A DNA stretch of 24,743 bases from a virus (Duplodnaviria; Caudoviricetes). The position numbers and the translations under genes are program-made. Positions 1-9,834 of the stretch are shown piece after piece (the first letter of the stretch is position 1; each line of letters opens with the position of its first letter). The stretch lies in IMG/VR virus record IMGVR_UViG_3300025653_000247, positions 1 through 24,743 of that record; one strand, given 5' to 3'. The notes under the pieces were generated by a model that had not been told where the DNA came from, ran no database searches, and saw only the letters and a list, made by a program, of their open reading frames with translations.

Positions 1-3000
1 AGTTATAGAAGTCCAAGTAATACCATCAGTTGATGTAGCTCCAGAGGTAGTGTTATCTGCTGTGGCAATAAACTTGTTGTCGTAATAACTGATTCCAGTC
101 CAAATCTGGCTTGATGGAAGAGTTGCTGCATTCCAAGTAATACCATCTACTGAGTAAGCAGAAGATTCTGATGCTGAAAGATTAGAAAGTAATCCTCCGT
201 ATGCCACAGCAACAAATCGACTGTCTTCTGTTGAGCTATTGCTTCCAAACGCTACAGCATTATATGTAATTTGGCTTGTGGTAGTATATGGCATGGAGTT
301 ACCAATCCAAATGGTTCCGTTATAGGAATACATAAGGCTTACATAGGTATGATTTGTTAAAGATCCTACTCCAACTGTAATATCTTGTCCACCAGTAGTT
401 TTTCCAGACGTTCTGCCAAGGATATAGGGAGTTTTGGAAGGGGCCTGCATCGTGCTTGTATTAGTCCAAGAGGTGCCGTTTGTTGAGTAGTAAATGCTTC
501 TTGAATTATTTGGAGTGATTAGGGTAAAGACATTATTAAAGTGTTCTAGTGAATAAGTACTAACTGGTGTAGACGCATACGTCCAAGTAATGCCGTCAGT
601 TGACAGTGCTCCTTGAGCGTATTGTCTTGAAGCAATAAGGTATTTATCAGATCCGTTAAAGGCGATGTACCTATCATAATAACTTTCTATTAACTTCGAT
701 GGTAAGCCATTACTTATCTGCCAAGATACTCCATCAGTAGAATAAATAACGTTAGCACTGTTTGGTCCTACAGCAATAAACTTACTAGAGTCGTGCAGTC
801 CATCTGTCCATGTTCCACCTATAATAGAGGTGCCAGAACTCCAAGTAGTGCCGTCTGTTGTAAATGCTGATGTTGAGCTATCACCTAGAGTAACAGCAGT
901 TACTGGTTCAGCAGGAACTGGTACTGCTGTCTTTGGTGTATAGTCTTGGTTTTTAGATATGAGCGTTTTGTTTGCAGCGTCATCAGACAGAGTTATAGAA
1001 GTCCAAGTAATACCATCAGTTGATGTAGCTCCAGAGGTAGTGTTATTTGCTGTGGCAATAAACTTGTTGTCGTAATAACTGATTCCAGTCCAAATCTGGC
1101 TTGATGGAAGAGTTGCTACATTCCAAGTAATACCATCTACTGAGTAAGCAGAGGATTCTGATGCTGAAGGATTAGTAGGGTATCCTCCGCTTGCCACAGC
1201 AACAAATCGACTGTCTTCTGTTGAGCTATTGCTTCCAAACGCTACAGCACTATATGTAATTTGGCTTGTGGTAGTATATGGCATGGAGCCACCAATCCAA
1301 GTGGTTCCGTTATAGGAATACACAAGGCTTTGATAGCTAGAACTTGCCAAAGATCCTACTCCAACTGTAATGTCTTGGCCACCAGGAGTTTTTCCAGACG
1401 TTCTGCCAAGGATATAGGGAGTTTTGTTATAGGCCTGCGCCGTGCTTGTATTAGTCCAAGAGGTGCCGTTTGTTGAGTAGTAAATGTTATATGCAGAATT
1501 TGGAGTGATTAGGGTAAAGACATTATTAAAGTGTTCTAGTGAATAAGTACTAGCTGGTGTAGACGTATAGGTCCAAGTAATGCCGTCAGTTGACAGTGCT
1601 CCTTGACCGTATTGTCTTGAAGCAATAAGGTATTTATCAGATCCGTTAAAGGCGATGTGCCTACCATAATAACTTTCTATTAACTTCGTTGGTAAGTCAT
1701 TACTTATCTGCCAAGATACTCCATCAGTAGAATAAATAACGTTAGTACTGTTTGGTCCTACAGCAATAAACTTACTAGAGTCGTATAGTCCATCTGTCCA
1801 TGTTCCACCTATAATAGAGGTGCCAGAACTCCAAGTAGTGCCGTCTGTTGTAAATGCTGATGTTGAGCTATCACCTAGAGTAACAGCAGTTACTGGTTCA
1901 GCAGGAACTGGTACTGCTGTCTTTGGTGTATAGTCTTGGTTTTTATATATGAGCGTTTTGTTTGCAGCGTCATCAGGCAGAGTTATAGAAGTCCAAGTAA
2001 TACCATCAGTTGATGTAGCTCCAGAGGTAGTGTTATCCGCTGTGGCAATAAACTTGTTGTTGCAATAACTGATTCCAGTCCAAATCTGGCTTGATGGAAG
2101 AGTTGCTACATTCCAAGTAATACCATCTACTGAATAGGCAGAGGATTCTGATGCTGAAAGATTAGAAAGTAATCCTCCGTATGCCACAGCAACAAATCGA
2201 CTGTCTTCTGTTGAGCTATTGCTTCCAAACGCTACAGCATTATATGTAATGTTGCTTGTGGTAGTATATGGCATGGAGCCACCAATCCAAATGGTTCCGT
2301 TATAGGAATAGGCAAGGCCTAGCAAGGAAGAACCTCCTTGATATCCTGTGCCAACTGTAATGTCTTGGCCACCAGGAGTTTTTCCAGACGTTCTGCCAAA
2401 GATATAGGGAGTTTTGTTATAGGCCTGCGCCGTGCTTGTATTAGTCCAAGAGGTGCCGTTTGTTGAGTAGTAAATGTTATATGCAGAACTTGGAGTGATT
2501 AGGGTAAAGACATTATTAAAGTGTTCTAGTGAATAAGTCCTAGCTGGTGTAGACGCATACGTCCAAGTAATGCCGTCAGTTGACAGTGCTGCTTGATATT
2601 GTTGGCTTGAAGCAATAAGGTATTTATCAGATCCGTTAAAGGCGATGTACTTATCAGAATAAGTTGCCATTAAAGTCTGTGGTACGTCATTACTTAACTG
2701 CCAAGATACTCCATTAGTAGAATAAATAACGTTAGCACTGTTTGGTCCTACAGCAATAAACTTACTAGAATCGTGCAGTCCATCTGTCCATGTTCCACCT
2801 ATAATAGAGGTACCAGAACTCCAAGTAGTGCCGTCTGTTGTAAATGCTGATGTTGAGCTATCACCTAGAGTAACAGCAGTTACTGGTTGAGCAGGAACTG
2901 GTACTGCTGTCTTAAATGTATAGTTTTGTGTCGTTGCAGCAACGTCTTCCCAAGACTGGTTTTCTGACAAGGTTCTTGAAGTCCAAGTAATTCCATCTGT

Positions 3001-3475
3001 TGAAATTGCTCCAATATTTGAATTTTTTGATACAGCAACAAAATTGTTTCCTGAGAATGCAATTCCAGTCCAAATCTGGCTTGATGGAAGAGTTGCTACA
3101 TTCCAAGTAACACCATCTACTGAATAGGCAGAGGATTCTGATGCTGAAGGATTAGTATAGTATCCTCCGTATGCCACAGCAACAAATCGACTGTCTTTTG
3201 TTGAGCTATTGCTTCCAAACGCTACAGCATTATATGTAATGTTGCTTGTGGTAGTATATGGCATGGAGCCAGCAACCCAAGTGGTTCCGTTATAGGAATA
3301 GGCAAGGCCTGCTAAGGAAGAACCTCCTTGATATCCTGTGGCAACTGTAATGTCTTGGCCACCAGCAGTTTTTCCAGACGTTCTGCCAAAGACATAAGGC
3401 CCATTGTTCGGGGCCGCCAGCACGCTTGTATAATTCCAAGTGATGCCGTTTGTTGAGTAGTAAATGTTTCCTGAA
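1..3475. repeat. 990-nt (330-aa) intragenic tandem repeat: three near-identical units plus a partly conserved N-terminal unit
   Basis: agttatagaagtccaagtaataccatcagt recurs at 1, 991 and 1981; the 3065-3475 segment also aligns at the same period. Confidence 0.97.
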
Positions 3476-3918
3476 CTACTTGATCGCGTTACAGTTATTG
3501 TGTCATTGAAAGAGTTTATTGAAGTAACACCATTTGGTATAGACATGGCAGCCCAAGTGATGCCGTCTGTTGATATAGCAGCATTAGTAGAAGAAATAGC
3601 CATGGCAACAAATTTATCATTTCCATAAGCAATATCAGCCCAAGCTTGACTTACGGGCAATGTTGAACTAGCCCATGTTATTGCATCAGTAGAGTATGCA
3701 ACGATATTAGAGGAATCTGCTATAGCAACAAATTTATTTTGACCATTAATTATTGCTTTCCAGTTTATACTGGATGGCAATGTTGAACTAGACCATGTTA
3801 CCCCTGCATCTTCAGAGTAGGAATAAATCTGTGATCCAGATGCTACTGCTACAAAATTACTTGAAAGAGAAGAAGCGACATTGGCAGCAGAAGCAAATAT
3901 TCCAAGGCCTATTCTCAT
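1..3918 (-). CDS. Large Asp-box (BNR-like) multi-beta-propeller protein, probable tail-tip adhesin; >1306 aa, 3' end outside the window
   Basis: ATG at 3918 behind an AAGGAG RBS; reads MRIGLGIFASAANVASS... and stays in frame to base 1. Seven (S/T)x(D/N)Gx(T/S)W motifs per 330-aa unit, with units joined by KTAVPVPA(E/Q)PV. Absent from the ORF track because no stop codon lies in the window. Confidence 0.88.
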   Translation of the reverse strand, partial: MRIGLGIFASAANVASSLSSNFVAVASGSQIYSYSEDAGVTWSSSTLPSSINWKAIINGQNKFVAIADSSNIVAYSTDAITWASSTLPVSQAWADIAYGNDKFVAMAISSTNAAISTDGITWAAMSIPNGVTSINSFNDTITVTRSSSSGNIYYSTNGITWNYTSVLAAPNNGPYVFGRTSGKTAGGQDITVATGYQGGSSLAGLAYSYNGTTWVAGSMPYTTTSNITYNAVAFGSNSSTKDSRFVAVAYGGYYTNPSASESSAYSVDGVTWNVATLPSSQIWTGIAFSGNNFVAVSKNSNIGAISTDGITWTSRTLSENQSWEDVAATTQNYTFKTAVPVPAQPVTAVTLGDSSTSAFTTDGTTWSSGTSIIGGTWTDGLHDSSKFIAVGPNSANVIYSTNGVSWQLSNDVPQTLMATYSDKYIAFNGSDKYLIASSQQYQAALSTDGITWTYASTPARTYSLEHFNNVFTLITPSSAYNIYYSTNGTSWTNTSTAQAYNKTPYIFGRTSGKTPGGQDITVGTGYQGGSSLLGLAYSYNGTIWIGGSMPYTTTSNITYNAVAFGSNSSTEDSRFVAVAYGGLLSNLSASESSAYSVDGITWNVATLPSSQIWTGISYCNNKFIATADNTTSGATSTDGITWTSITLPDDAANKTLIYKNQDYTPKTAVPVPAEPVTAVTLGDSSTSAFTTDGTTWSSGTSIIGGTWTDGLYDSSKFIAVGPNSTNVIYSTDGVSWQISNDLPTKLIESYYGRHIAFNGSDKYLIASRQYGQGALSTDGITWTYTSTPASTYSLEHFNNVFTLITPNSAYNIYYSTNGTSWTNTSTAQAYNKTPYILGRTSGKTPGGQDITVGVGSLASSSYQSLVYSYNGTTWIGGSMPYTTTSQITYSAVAFGSNSSTEDSRFVAVASGGYPTNPSASESSAYSVDGITWNVATLPSSQIWTGISYYDNKFIATANNTTSGATSTDGITWTSITLSDDAANKTLISKNQDYTPKTAVPVPAEPVTAVTLGDSSTSAFTTDGTTWSSGTSIIGGTWTDGLHDSSKFIAVGPNSANVIYSTDGVSWQISNGLPSKLIESYYDRYIAFNGSDKYLIASRQYAQGALSTDGITWTYASTPVSTYSLEHFNNVFTLITPNNSRSIYYSTNGTSWTNTSTMQAPSKTPYILGRTSGKTTGGQDITVGVGSLTNHTYVSLMYSYNGTIWIGNSMPYTTTSQITYNAVAFGSNSSTEDSRFVAVAYGGLLSNLSASESSAYSVDGITWNAATLPSSQIWTGISYYDNKFIATADNTTSGATSTDGITWTSIT

Positions 3919-3928
3919 TCTATTCTCC

Positions 3929-4579
3929 TTATACTGTTAAATCTCCAAAAACAACCCACTCATCTGTATCCTTTTTATAAATTGTTGCTGCAGAATATTG
4001 AGAGGTAAGTTTTAATTGTTCATTTTTAGATCTTAATACTACACCCGCACTTTCTCCAGCAATTTCTGTTTGTCCAGAACCATATTGAACAATATCAATT
4101 GTTGTTCCTATAGGGAATGCTTTTGTAGAATTTAACGGAACTGTTAAAATATTTGCGCTTGCATAATCCATTTCAATTATTTCTCCAGCGTCTGCAAGCT
4201 CTAATTCATAGGCAGATGCTGATACTGAATTAATGGTGACCCTTTCAATTGCATTTTGAACATAACCTGTTGTTGCAATTTTATTTGAATCATCATCGTA
4301 GTCTGCTGTAGGTGCTGTTGGAGTTCCAGTAAGTGATGGAGAATCAACTACGGCATCAATAGCACGCTGATCAGTAAAATAAAGGTTACTAGAGCCTTCT
4401 GTCAAGTCATCGGTATTAGTAAGAGAGATGTATGCCAAAGAGTTCCAGTTTGTAGAGCCATCACCTACTTTAATTTTTGATAGATCTGTAACTAGTGCAA
4501 GTTCACCAGAGGAAAGAACTGGGTTGGCAGAAGACCATTCAGACGCAGTTCCTCTTCTAATTTGAATTTTTGTCGCCAT
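3929..4579 (-). CDS. Tail-fibre protein: Mtd-N-like N-terminus plus C-terminal adaptor domain
   Basis: KIQIRRGTASEW...NPVL..GE......KIKVGDG..W..L.Y is the major-tropism-determinant N-terminal motif. Also TDDLTEGSSNLYFT, SPSLTGTPTAPT, and a C-terminal TVP.N...AFPIGT.I...Q.G.GQ...WVVFGDL domain. Confidence 0.85.
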   Translation of the reverse strand: MATKIQIRRGTASEWSSANPVLSSGELALVTDLSKIKVGDGSTNWNSLAYISLTNTDDLTEGSSNLYFTDQRAIDAVVDSPSLTGTPTAPTADYDDDSNKIATTGYVQNAIERVTINSVSASAYELELADAGEIIEMDYASANILTVPLNSTKAFPIGTTIDIVQYGSGQTEIAGESAGVVLRSKNEQLKLTSQYSAATIYKKDTDEWVVFGDLTV

Positions 4580-4595
4580 ACTGTCTCCTTAAAAT

Positions 4596-4604
4596 ATTAT
4601 ATCA
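4596..4604 (-). promoter_or_regulatory. Extended -10 promoter TGATATAAT
   Basis: TGATATAAT-attttAAGGAGacagt-ATG; the same 9-mer precedes four other genes. Confidence 0.75.
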
Positions 4605-4621
4605 TAAGCTTTTATTTAATT

Positions 4622-7429
4622 TTATACAGATCCATTATCAAGTGATCCGACAAATACTGATGTTGACGGGCTTCCACCTTCATAAACTTGATCAAATGAG
4701 ACTGTACTGGCTGAACCACCATCAAATGATCCATCTGTGACATATGCAAATTCTTTCCATATAGAATCAAAATAAATTGCTGTTCTGCCATTAGTTGTAT
4801 TATAGAAAAGATCTCCATTTGTTATGCTGGATGTTGGATATGCAGAGCCAGAAGTTAAAGATGCCCCGCCTCCACCAGCACCACTTGCCTCTAATAATAT
4901 TTCATTGTTTGCATCATCATATGTTGCTACAATGTTTGTATGATTAGAATGAGTAAATAGTGGTGCAATTGCATCTTGTATTTCTTCATCTGTTAAAGAT
5001 GTGACAGAACCAGAGGAAGATCCAACAATATCTAATGTGTTTGTAGAATCATTATATGTAACAGAGATATTTGTATGATTACCATTTACAATCATTTCTG
5101 CTGCAGCATCTTGTGCTCGTTCATTTGTGAAATATAAGTTTGTTGAACCCTCTGCTACATCGTCAGTCTCTAGGGCATCTGCATGTGCTACAGCGGCAGC
5201 AGAGGCAGAAGCAATAACTCCTGCTGTAGCATCAAGTGCACGCTGATCAGTAAAGTAAAGGTTGGTGATGCCCTCTGCTACATCGTCAGTCTCTAGGGCA
5301 TCTGCATGTGCTACAGCGGCAGCAGAGGCAGAAGCGATGACTCCTGCTGTAGCATCAAGTGCACGCTGATCAGTAAAGTAAAGGTTGGTGATGCCCTCTG
5401 CTACATCGTCAGTCTCTAGGGCATCTGCATGTGCTACAGCGGCAGCAGAGGCAGAAGCAATAACTCCTGCTGTAGCATTAAGTGCACGTTGATCAGTAAA
5501 GTAAAGGTTGGTGATGCCCTCTGCTAAATCATCTGTTTTCTTAGCTGAGAACGTGGTATCAAAATCTACTAAGTCGTAGTATGTAGATCCGTCATTGGTA
5601 AATTGCCATACATCAGATGTTTCATTCCACTTGATATATACATTTGATGCGCTACCTCTTTGTACCTCAATACCAGCATCTAGAAGTGGTGCAGAAGCAC
5701 TAGAATTAAGGGTAACAATATTATCTTCAATCAAAAGTTCTGTAGTATTTACATAAGTAACAGAACCACTTACTGTTAGATTTCCTACTACAGTTAAATC
5801 ATTTGAAATTGTTACGTCATCAGGGAGTCCAACGGTATAAATATTGCTAGCAGAAGTTACTTCTACTTCATTTGTTGTACCTTGAACATCTGCAACAGCA
5901 CCGACAACGTTAAAGCTTAGAGAATTAGCATTGTCATCATAGTCAATAGTTAGATTGGTCTGTGTTCCATTAGAAATCATGGTAGCGATAGCGTCCTGTG
6001 CTCGCTCATCAAAACTTTCATTCATCCACAATGAGGATGCAGAATTGTAAATTGCTATGTCACCATTAGACAAACTTGTTAGCTTTACATCTGCTTCTTC
6101 ACCAAATTTATGAGAGTTTATCATTCTGGCATAAATTCGACCACTATTTTGATGTTCTCTAAGAACAATGGCAACGGGTGTGCGAATATCTGGTGCTTCT
6201 CCTGCACTTGCAGACAATGTTCCTGCAGAAGCAGAGTTAGGATAAAGAGTTGTTCCAACAGGCCAGCCTTGGGTATTTACATTAGTAATTGTTCCATTAA
6301 TAACAACAAGTCCTGTTTCTGAACCGTTTTCAATATTTTGTGCAGCAAAACCAATCATATATTCTGGATCTACAGATCCATCTGTTACTGCCTTAGCAAT
6401 AGTAATTCTTTCCCCTTGAGCACCTGTTGCCATAACAAAAGAACCCTTGGGAATGTCTACACCACTATTATTTTTTGTTGGCGGCATAAATAATTTCATG
6501 CCTATAGAATGAAGAACGTCGTCACTCATTCCAAGATCTAGGGTGTTTTCCTCTGAATTCCAATATAATGTTCCAGGTGATACAGCAGAGGGGCTAGCAG
6601 ATACATCAAAGTTAATACCACTAATATCAAAGGTGCTATCTGTATCTCTAGAAACTAGAGCAGAGGCGGTATTTAGTGGAGTAGCATTAGTAGAAATATC
6701 AATGGTATTAGATCCAGAACCAGATACTAATATACCGTTGCTTTCTGAAATAGTTAGAGTATCGTTATAAACGGTTGCTACTGGATCAGTCCCTGAAGGC
6801 AAATCAATAGTAACAAAAGCTTCTGTTACTGCTTCTACAGCAGTTTCAAAGTCTGTAATATTTGAGGCAACGTGATTATGTGAGTTATCTGCAATAGAAG
6901 TAGAAATATTTATACTTGCAAGATTTGTTACTGTGGCACTTCCTGAAACATCACCAGATAGTACAACATCAAAATTATTAATATCAAAGTCTAAAGTATT
7001 ATCAACATCGTCATATGTAACAGAAATTCCATTTTCAATATTAGAAGTTACCATATTCCCAACAGTATCTGCTACTGCTTCAGCAAAATCTGTAATAGTA
7101 GACGACGTATGATTATGAGAGTCATCCTGAATAACTACTGTAACGCTAGCACTTGAAAGGTTTTGTATAGTTGTGCTACCAGAGGCATCACCAACAAGAG
7201 TTATGTTAAAATCTTGTACATCAAAGTTTAATATATTGCTAGTGTCATCATATGTTACTGATATGCCATTTTCTGTATTCTCATTGACCATATCACCGAC
7301 AGTATCGGCAATAATTTCTCCCAAGTTATTGTCAATATCCTCTGCTAAAGACTGAATATCTCCAGCGAAGTCTACTGGATCTGTATCCTGTGGATAAGGG
7401 AATCCATAATTATTTGTGGTTAATGCCAT
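4622..7429 (-). CDS. Long tail-fibre/structural protein (935 aa) with internal repeats
   Basis: Acidic and S/T/A/N-rich; repeated (E)RAQDA/ADTVG..M....NGISVTYDD, SHNH and DDxAEGxTNLYFT motifs; GNLTVSGSVTYVNTTELLIEDNIVTLN fibre motif. Confidence 0.85.
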   Translation of the reverse strand: MALTTNNYGFPYPQDTDPVDFAGDIQSLAEDIDNNLGEIIADTVGDMVNENTENGISVTYDDTSNILNFDVQDFNITLVGDASGSTTIQNLSSASVTVVIQDDSHNHTSSTITDFAEAVADTVGNMVTSNIENGISVTYDDVDNTLDFDINNFDVVLSGDVSGSATVTNLASINISTSIADNSHNHVASNITDFETAVEAVTEAFVTIDLPSGTDPVATVYNDTLTISESNGILVSGSGSNTIDISTNATPLNTASALVSRDTDSTFDISGINFDVSASPSAVSPGTLYWNSEENTLDLGMSDDVLHSIGMKLFMPPTKNNSGVDIPKGSFVMATGAQGERITIAKAVTDGSVDPEYMIGFAAQNIENGSETGLVVINGTITNVNTQGWPVGTTLYPNSASAGTLSASAGEAPDIRTPVAIVLREHQNSGRIYARMINSHKFGEEADVKLTSLSNGDIAIYNSASSLWMNESFDERAQDAIATMISNGTQTNLTIDYDDNANSLSFNVVGAVADVQGTTNEVEVTSASNIYTVGLPDDVTISNDLTVVGNLTVSGSVTYVNTTELLIEDNIVTLNSSASAPLLDAGIEVQRGSASNVYIKWNETSDVWQFTNDGSTYYDLVDFDTTFSAKKTDDLAEGITNLYFTDQRALNATAGVIASASAAAVAHADALETDDVAEGITNLYFTDQRALDATAGVIASASAAAVAHADALETDDVAEGITNLYFTDQRALDATAGVIASASAAAVAHADALETDDVAEGSTNLYFTNERAQDAAAEMIVNGNHTNISVTYNDSTNTLDIVGSSSGSVTSLTDEEIQDAIAPLFTHSNHTNIVATYDDANNEILLEASGAGGGGASLTSGSAYPTSSITNGDLFYNTTNGRTAIYFDSIWKEFAYVTDGSFDGGSASTVSFDQVYEGGSPSTSVFVGSLDNGSV
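5148..5526. repeat. 123-nt (41-aa) tandem repeat, three copies plus a partial copy
   Basis: ccctctgcta at 5148, 5271, 5394 and 5517; unit DDVAEGITNLYFTDQRALDATAGVIASASAAAVAHADALET. Confidence 0.95.
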
Positions 7430-7446
7430 TAATTTTCACCAGTTTT

Positions 7447-7455
7447 ATTATATCA
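7447..7455 (-). promoter_or_regulatory. Extended -10 promoter TGATATAAT
   Basis: Intergenic, 17 nt upstream of the 7429 ATG. Confidence 0.75.
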
Positions 7456-7465
7456 TTATTAGACA

Positions 7466-7497
7466 GACTAATCCCCGCTCAATGGCGGGAATCAATC
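7466..7497 (-). terminator. Stem-loop after the holin, likely terminator of the enzyme operon
   Basis: GATTGATTCCCGC-cattga-GCGGGGATTAGTC, 13 bp including G-U pairs; weak U-tail. Confidence 0.55.
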
Positions 7498-7504
7498 TAT
7501 AAAA

Positions 7505-7717
7505 CTACTCTGCGTTCTTTCCCCAACGATGATCGCTAGGGTCAAGGGCAGTAAGAACTAGTGGAATAACAGAGGCTAGGCCAGCTGCCAACCAGGATCT
7601 TATATCTGTCATATCAACAGCAAATACATCTGCTCCGTCAGCAAGAAACATGCCGAGAACTACAGAAATAAAAACCTTGACATAAGACTTTATTAAGTTT
7701 ACATACTTAGTATCCAA
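7505..7717 (-). CDS. Putative holin / two-TM membrane protein
   Basis: TTG start with GGAGG RBS; two hydrophobic segments; ALDPSDHRWG C-terminus resembles small actinophage holins. Confidence 0.6.
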   Translation of the reverse strand: MDTKYVNLIKSYVKVFISVVLGMFLADGADVFAVDMTDIRSWLAAGLASVIPLVLTALDPSDHRWGKNAE

Positions 7718-7748
7718 TTTGCACCTCCAAACTAGGTAATATTGTACA

Positions 7749-8414
7749 CTACTTTCTACTATTTATGTGGTTCACTTCTAAATAATTTATGTTCACATGG
7801 CTTGGCAACTCAGATATCCAATATATTATTTCAGCCATATCTTTACCCGTTATTGCAGACTCCCTTTTTTCTCCTTCTACCGTGTCTATGGTTCCTGGAC
7901 ATAATTCAACTATCTTTATTCCATATTGTGGATATTCAAGCCTCATCGTATCTACTAGGCCACCTATACCTCTTTTTGCATTTGTATAATTGCCACCTCC
8001 TGGATAGGCAAATTTTCCACCGAGGGACGATACAAAAATTATTGTTGCATTATCAGACTTTTCCATATTGTTTGTAAATAGTTTAGAAAGATACATCGGT
8101 CCACTTACATTTAAACTATATGCATAATTAAAGTTTTCTGGCCTTTCATTTATTATTTGTGTTGGGCTTGCTCCCCCACCAGCATTATTAACAAGGAGGT
8201 CTAACTTTATATCTTTATATTTTTCAAAAAATTTTTCTATTTCTTGAAAATTGGTTATGTCCATTTTATATGTCTCTATATTTTCAGACTGTAGAGGAAT
8301 CATTTTATCTATATTTCTAGAGACAGCTATTACCCTGTATCCATTTTCAGATAGAAATTTGCAGGTTTGATAGCCAACCCCTTTGCTTGCCCCTGTTACA
8401 ATAGCAGTTTTCAT
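7749..8414 (-). CDS. Short-chain dehydrogenase/reductase (classical SDR, YdfG-like)
   Basis: TGASKGVG, LVNNAG, catalytic Ser and YTNAK; C-terminal LPSHVNIN. Confidence 0.93.
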   Translation of the reverse strand: MKTAIVTGASKGVGYQTCKFLSENGYRVIAVSRNIDKMIPLQSENIETYKMDITNFQEIEKFFEKYKDIKLDLLVNNAGGGASPTQIINERPENFNYAYSLNVSGPMYLSKLFTNNMEKSDNATIIFVSSLGGKFAYPGGGNYTNAKRGIGGLVDTMRLEYPQYGIKIVELCPGTIDTVEGEKRESAITGKDMAEIIYWISELPSHVNINYLEVNHINSRK

Positions 8415-9097
8415 TAGCTACGATATTCTTTAACATGATCGGGGTTATATGGATCATAACCCTCAACAAATATAAATGAGGTTGACATATATTTTTCACC
8501 AGAGATTATTGGGTGCGATTGATGAAAGTACGGATAGGTTGATGGAAATATTATTGCAGATCCAGGTTCTGGCTTTACCCAAAAATCTATAGCAGGGTCT
8601 TGTATATTTGTTGTGGGCCTTCTCTCATCTTCATTAATTGCGAAAGATATTTGACCACCCCTATAATTATCATTGAAGTACATTACGATAGAATACATCA
8701 GGCTTCTATCTCCATCTAAACCATCATAATGTGGTCCAAGATTTCCACCCCTTGTATATTTGCACATGTCAAGGAATGGAGATATGTTTGGCTCAATGTC
8801 TAGTTCCCTATCTTTTACAAAAGAGTAGCATATTCTTTCTACGCCTTGCCTCATTGTCTCTATTACCTCAGAAACTAGCCGATTGTCTACAGAGTCCTTA
8901 TTACGATAGTAGAGATCTTTTTTTTCACCGAAGCAATCTTCATTATTATTGCTGGCAAGCCATGGGTACCACTTTGTTATCGCTGAGTATGTTTGCTCAT
9001 CATCATCTAATGAGTTTAACGAATCTATTATCCATTGAGGGTTTTCAAATACATTTGTATAATAATAAACATTTTCATGAAGCCTTGTTAGTTCCAT
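8414..9097 (-). CDS. 2OG-Fe(II) oxygenase, prolyl 4-hydroxylase-like
   Basis: HYD...YFNDNYRGGQISF...KPEPGSAIIFPS...FHQSHPIISGEKY (HxD...H...K). Confidence 0.9.
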   Translation of the reverse strand: MELTRLHENVYYYTNVFENPQWIIDSLNSLDDDEQTYSAITKWYPWLASNNNEDCFGEKKDLYYRNKDSVDNRLVSEVIETMRQGVERICYSFVKDRELDIEPNISPFLDMCKYTRGGNLGPHYDGLDGDRSLMYSIVMYFNDNYRGGQISFAINEDERRPTTNIQDPAIDFWVKPEPGSAIIFPSTYPYFHQSHPIISGEKYMSTSFIFVEGYDPYNPDHVKEYRS

Positions 9098-9834
9098 TAC
9101 GATACTTCACCCATCTTATATTTTCTACCTTGCTGATCTATTTTATATCCTTTTTTCAAAAGACTCTGCCACTCTTCTTTTTCTACCCTTTGCTGCTCTC
9201 TGGTCTTTTCCATTTCCTCTTTCCAACTCTCTTTTAATTCTTCTGGATACGCTGATTCATCTCTATCATCCCAAAAAGATCCGATTGTATATCTTACGCC
9301 AGACTTTAGTAATGTTACTTCATGCATATTTTCAAAGCTTCCAGAAAATGAAGCAAGTAGTCCAGTTTTAGGGGGTATTTCTATATTTTGCTTTACAAAT
9401 CTTAAAATGCCGCCATCAAAATCATCATTTAAATATAAAAAGGAGGCATATCTGCTTCTTTCGAATGCTCCAAAATTACCCATTTCGTCAGTATTATCTG
9501 AATGTGGCCTAGCATAAGCTCCTGGCTCCCATTTTTGAGTATGGAATCCTATTTTAAATATGGTTTCTACTTCTAGATCATGTACCTCTGCAACAGTTTT
9601 TTTCATTTTGTCTTCTAAAATTTCAAAATAATTAGAAGGCAAATCAAGTTTTTCTAGCTCCTTGTCTTCTTTTGGCAAAGAAGAAGAGTATGATTCATAA
9701 AAAGATATTGGCATCCACTCCATCTTTTCGGATTCCGCTTGATTGTCTAGAAACTTTATGACAGAATCACACTCTCTCTTGGAGATAAAATTATCATATG
9801 TGATAATGTCTTTTGTATATCTATGCATCTCCAA
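9097..9834 (-). CDS. 2OG-Fe(II) oxygenase, prolyl 3-hydroxylase-like motif set (start may be ATG 9828)
   Basis: HSDN...YASFLYLNDDFDGG...SFSGSFENMHEV....SGVRY (HxD...H...R); charged helical C-terminal tail. Confidence 0.88.
   Translation of the reverse strand: MEMHRYTKDIITYDNFISKRECDSVIKFLDNQAESEKMEWMPISFYESYSSSLPKEDKELEKLDLPSNYFEILEDKMKKTVAEVHDLEVETIFKIGFHTQKWEPGAYARPHSDNTDEMGNFGAFERSRYASFLYLNDDFDGGILRFVKQNIEIPPKTGLLASFSGSFENMHEVTLLKSGVRYTIGSFWDDRDESAYPEELKESWKEEMEKTREQQRVEKEEWQSLLKKGYKIDQQGRKYKMGEVS

Noticed and set aside
1261-3980. Small ORFs 1261-1476, 2880-3062, 2912-3106 and 3795-3980
   Set aside because: They lie inside or opposite the long propeller ORF.
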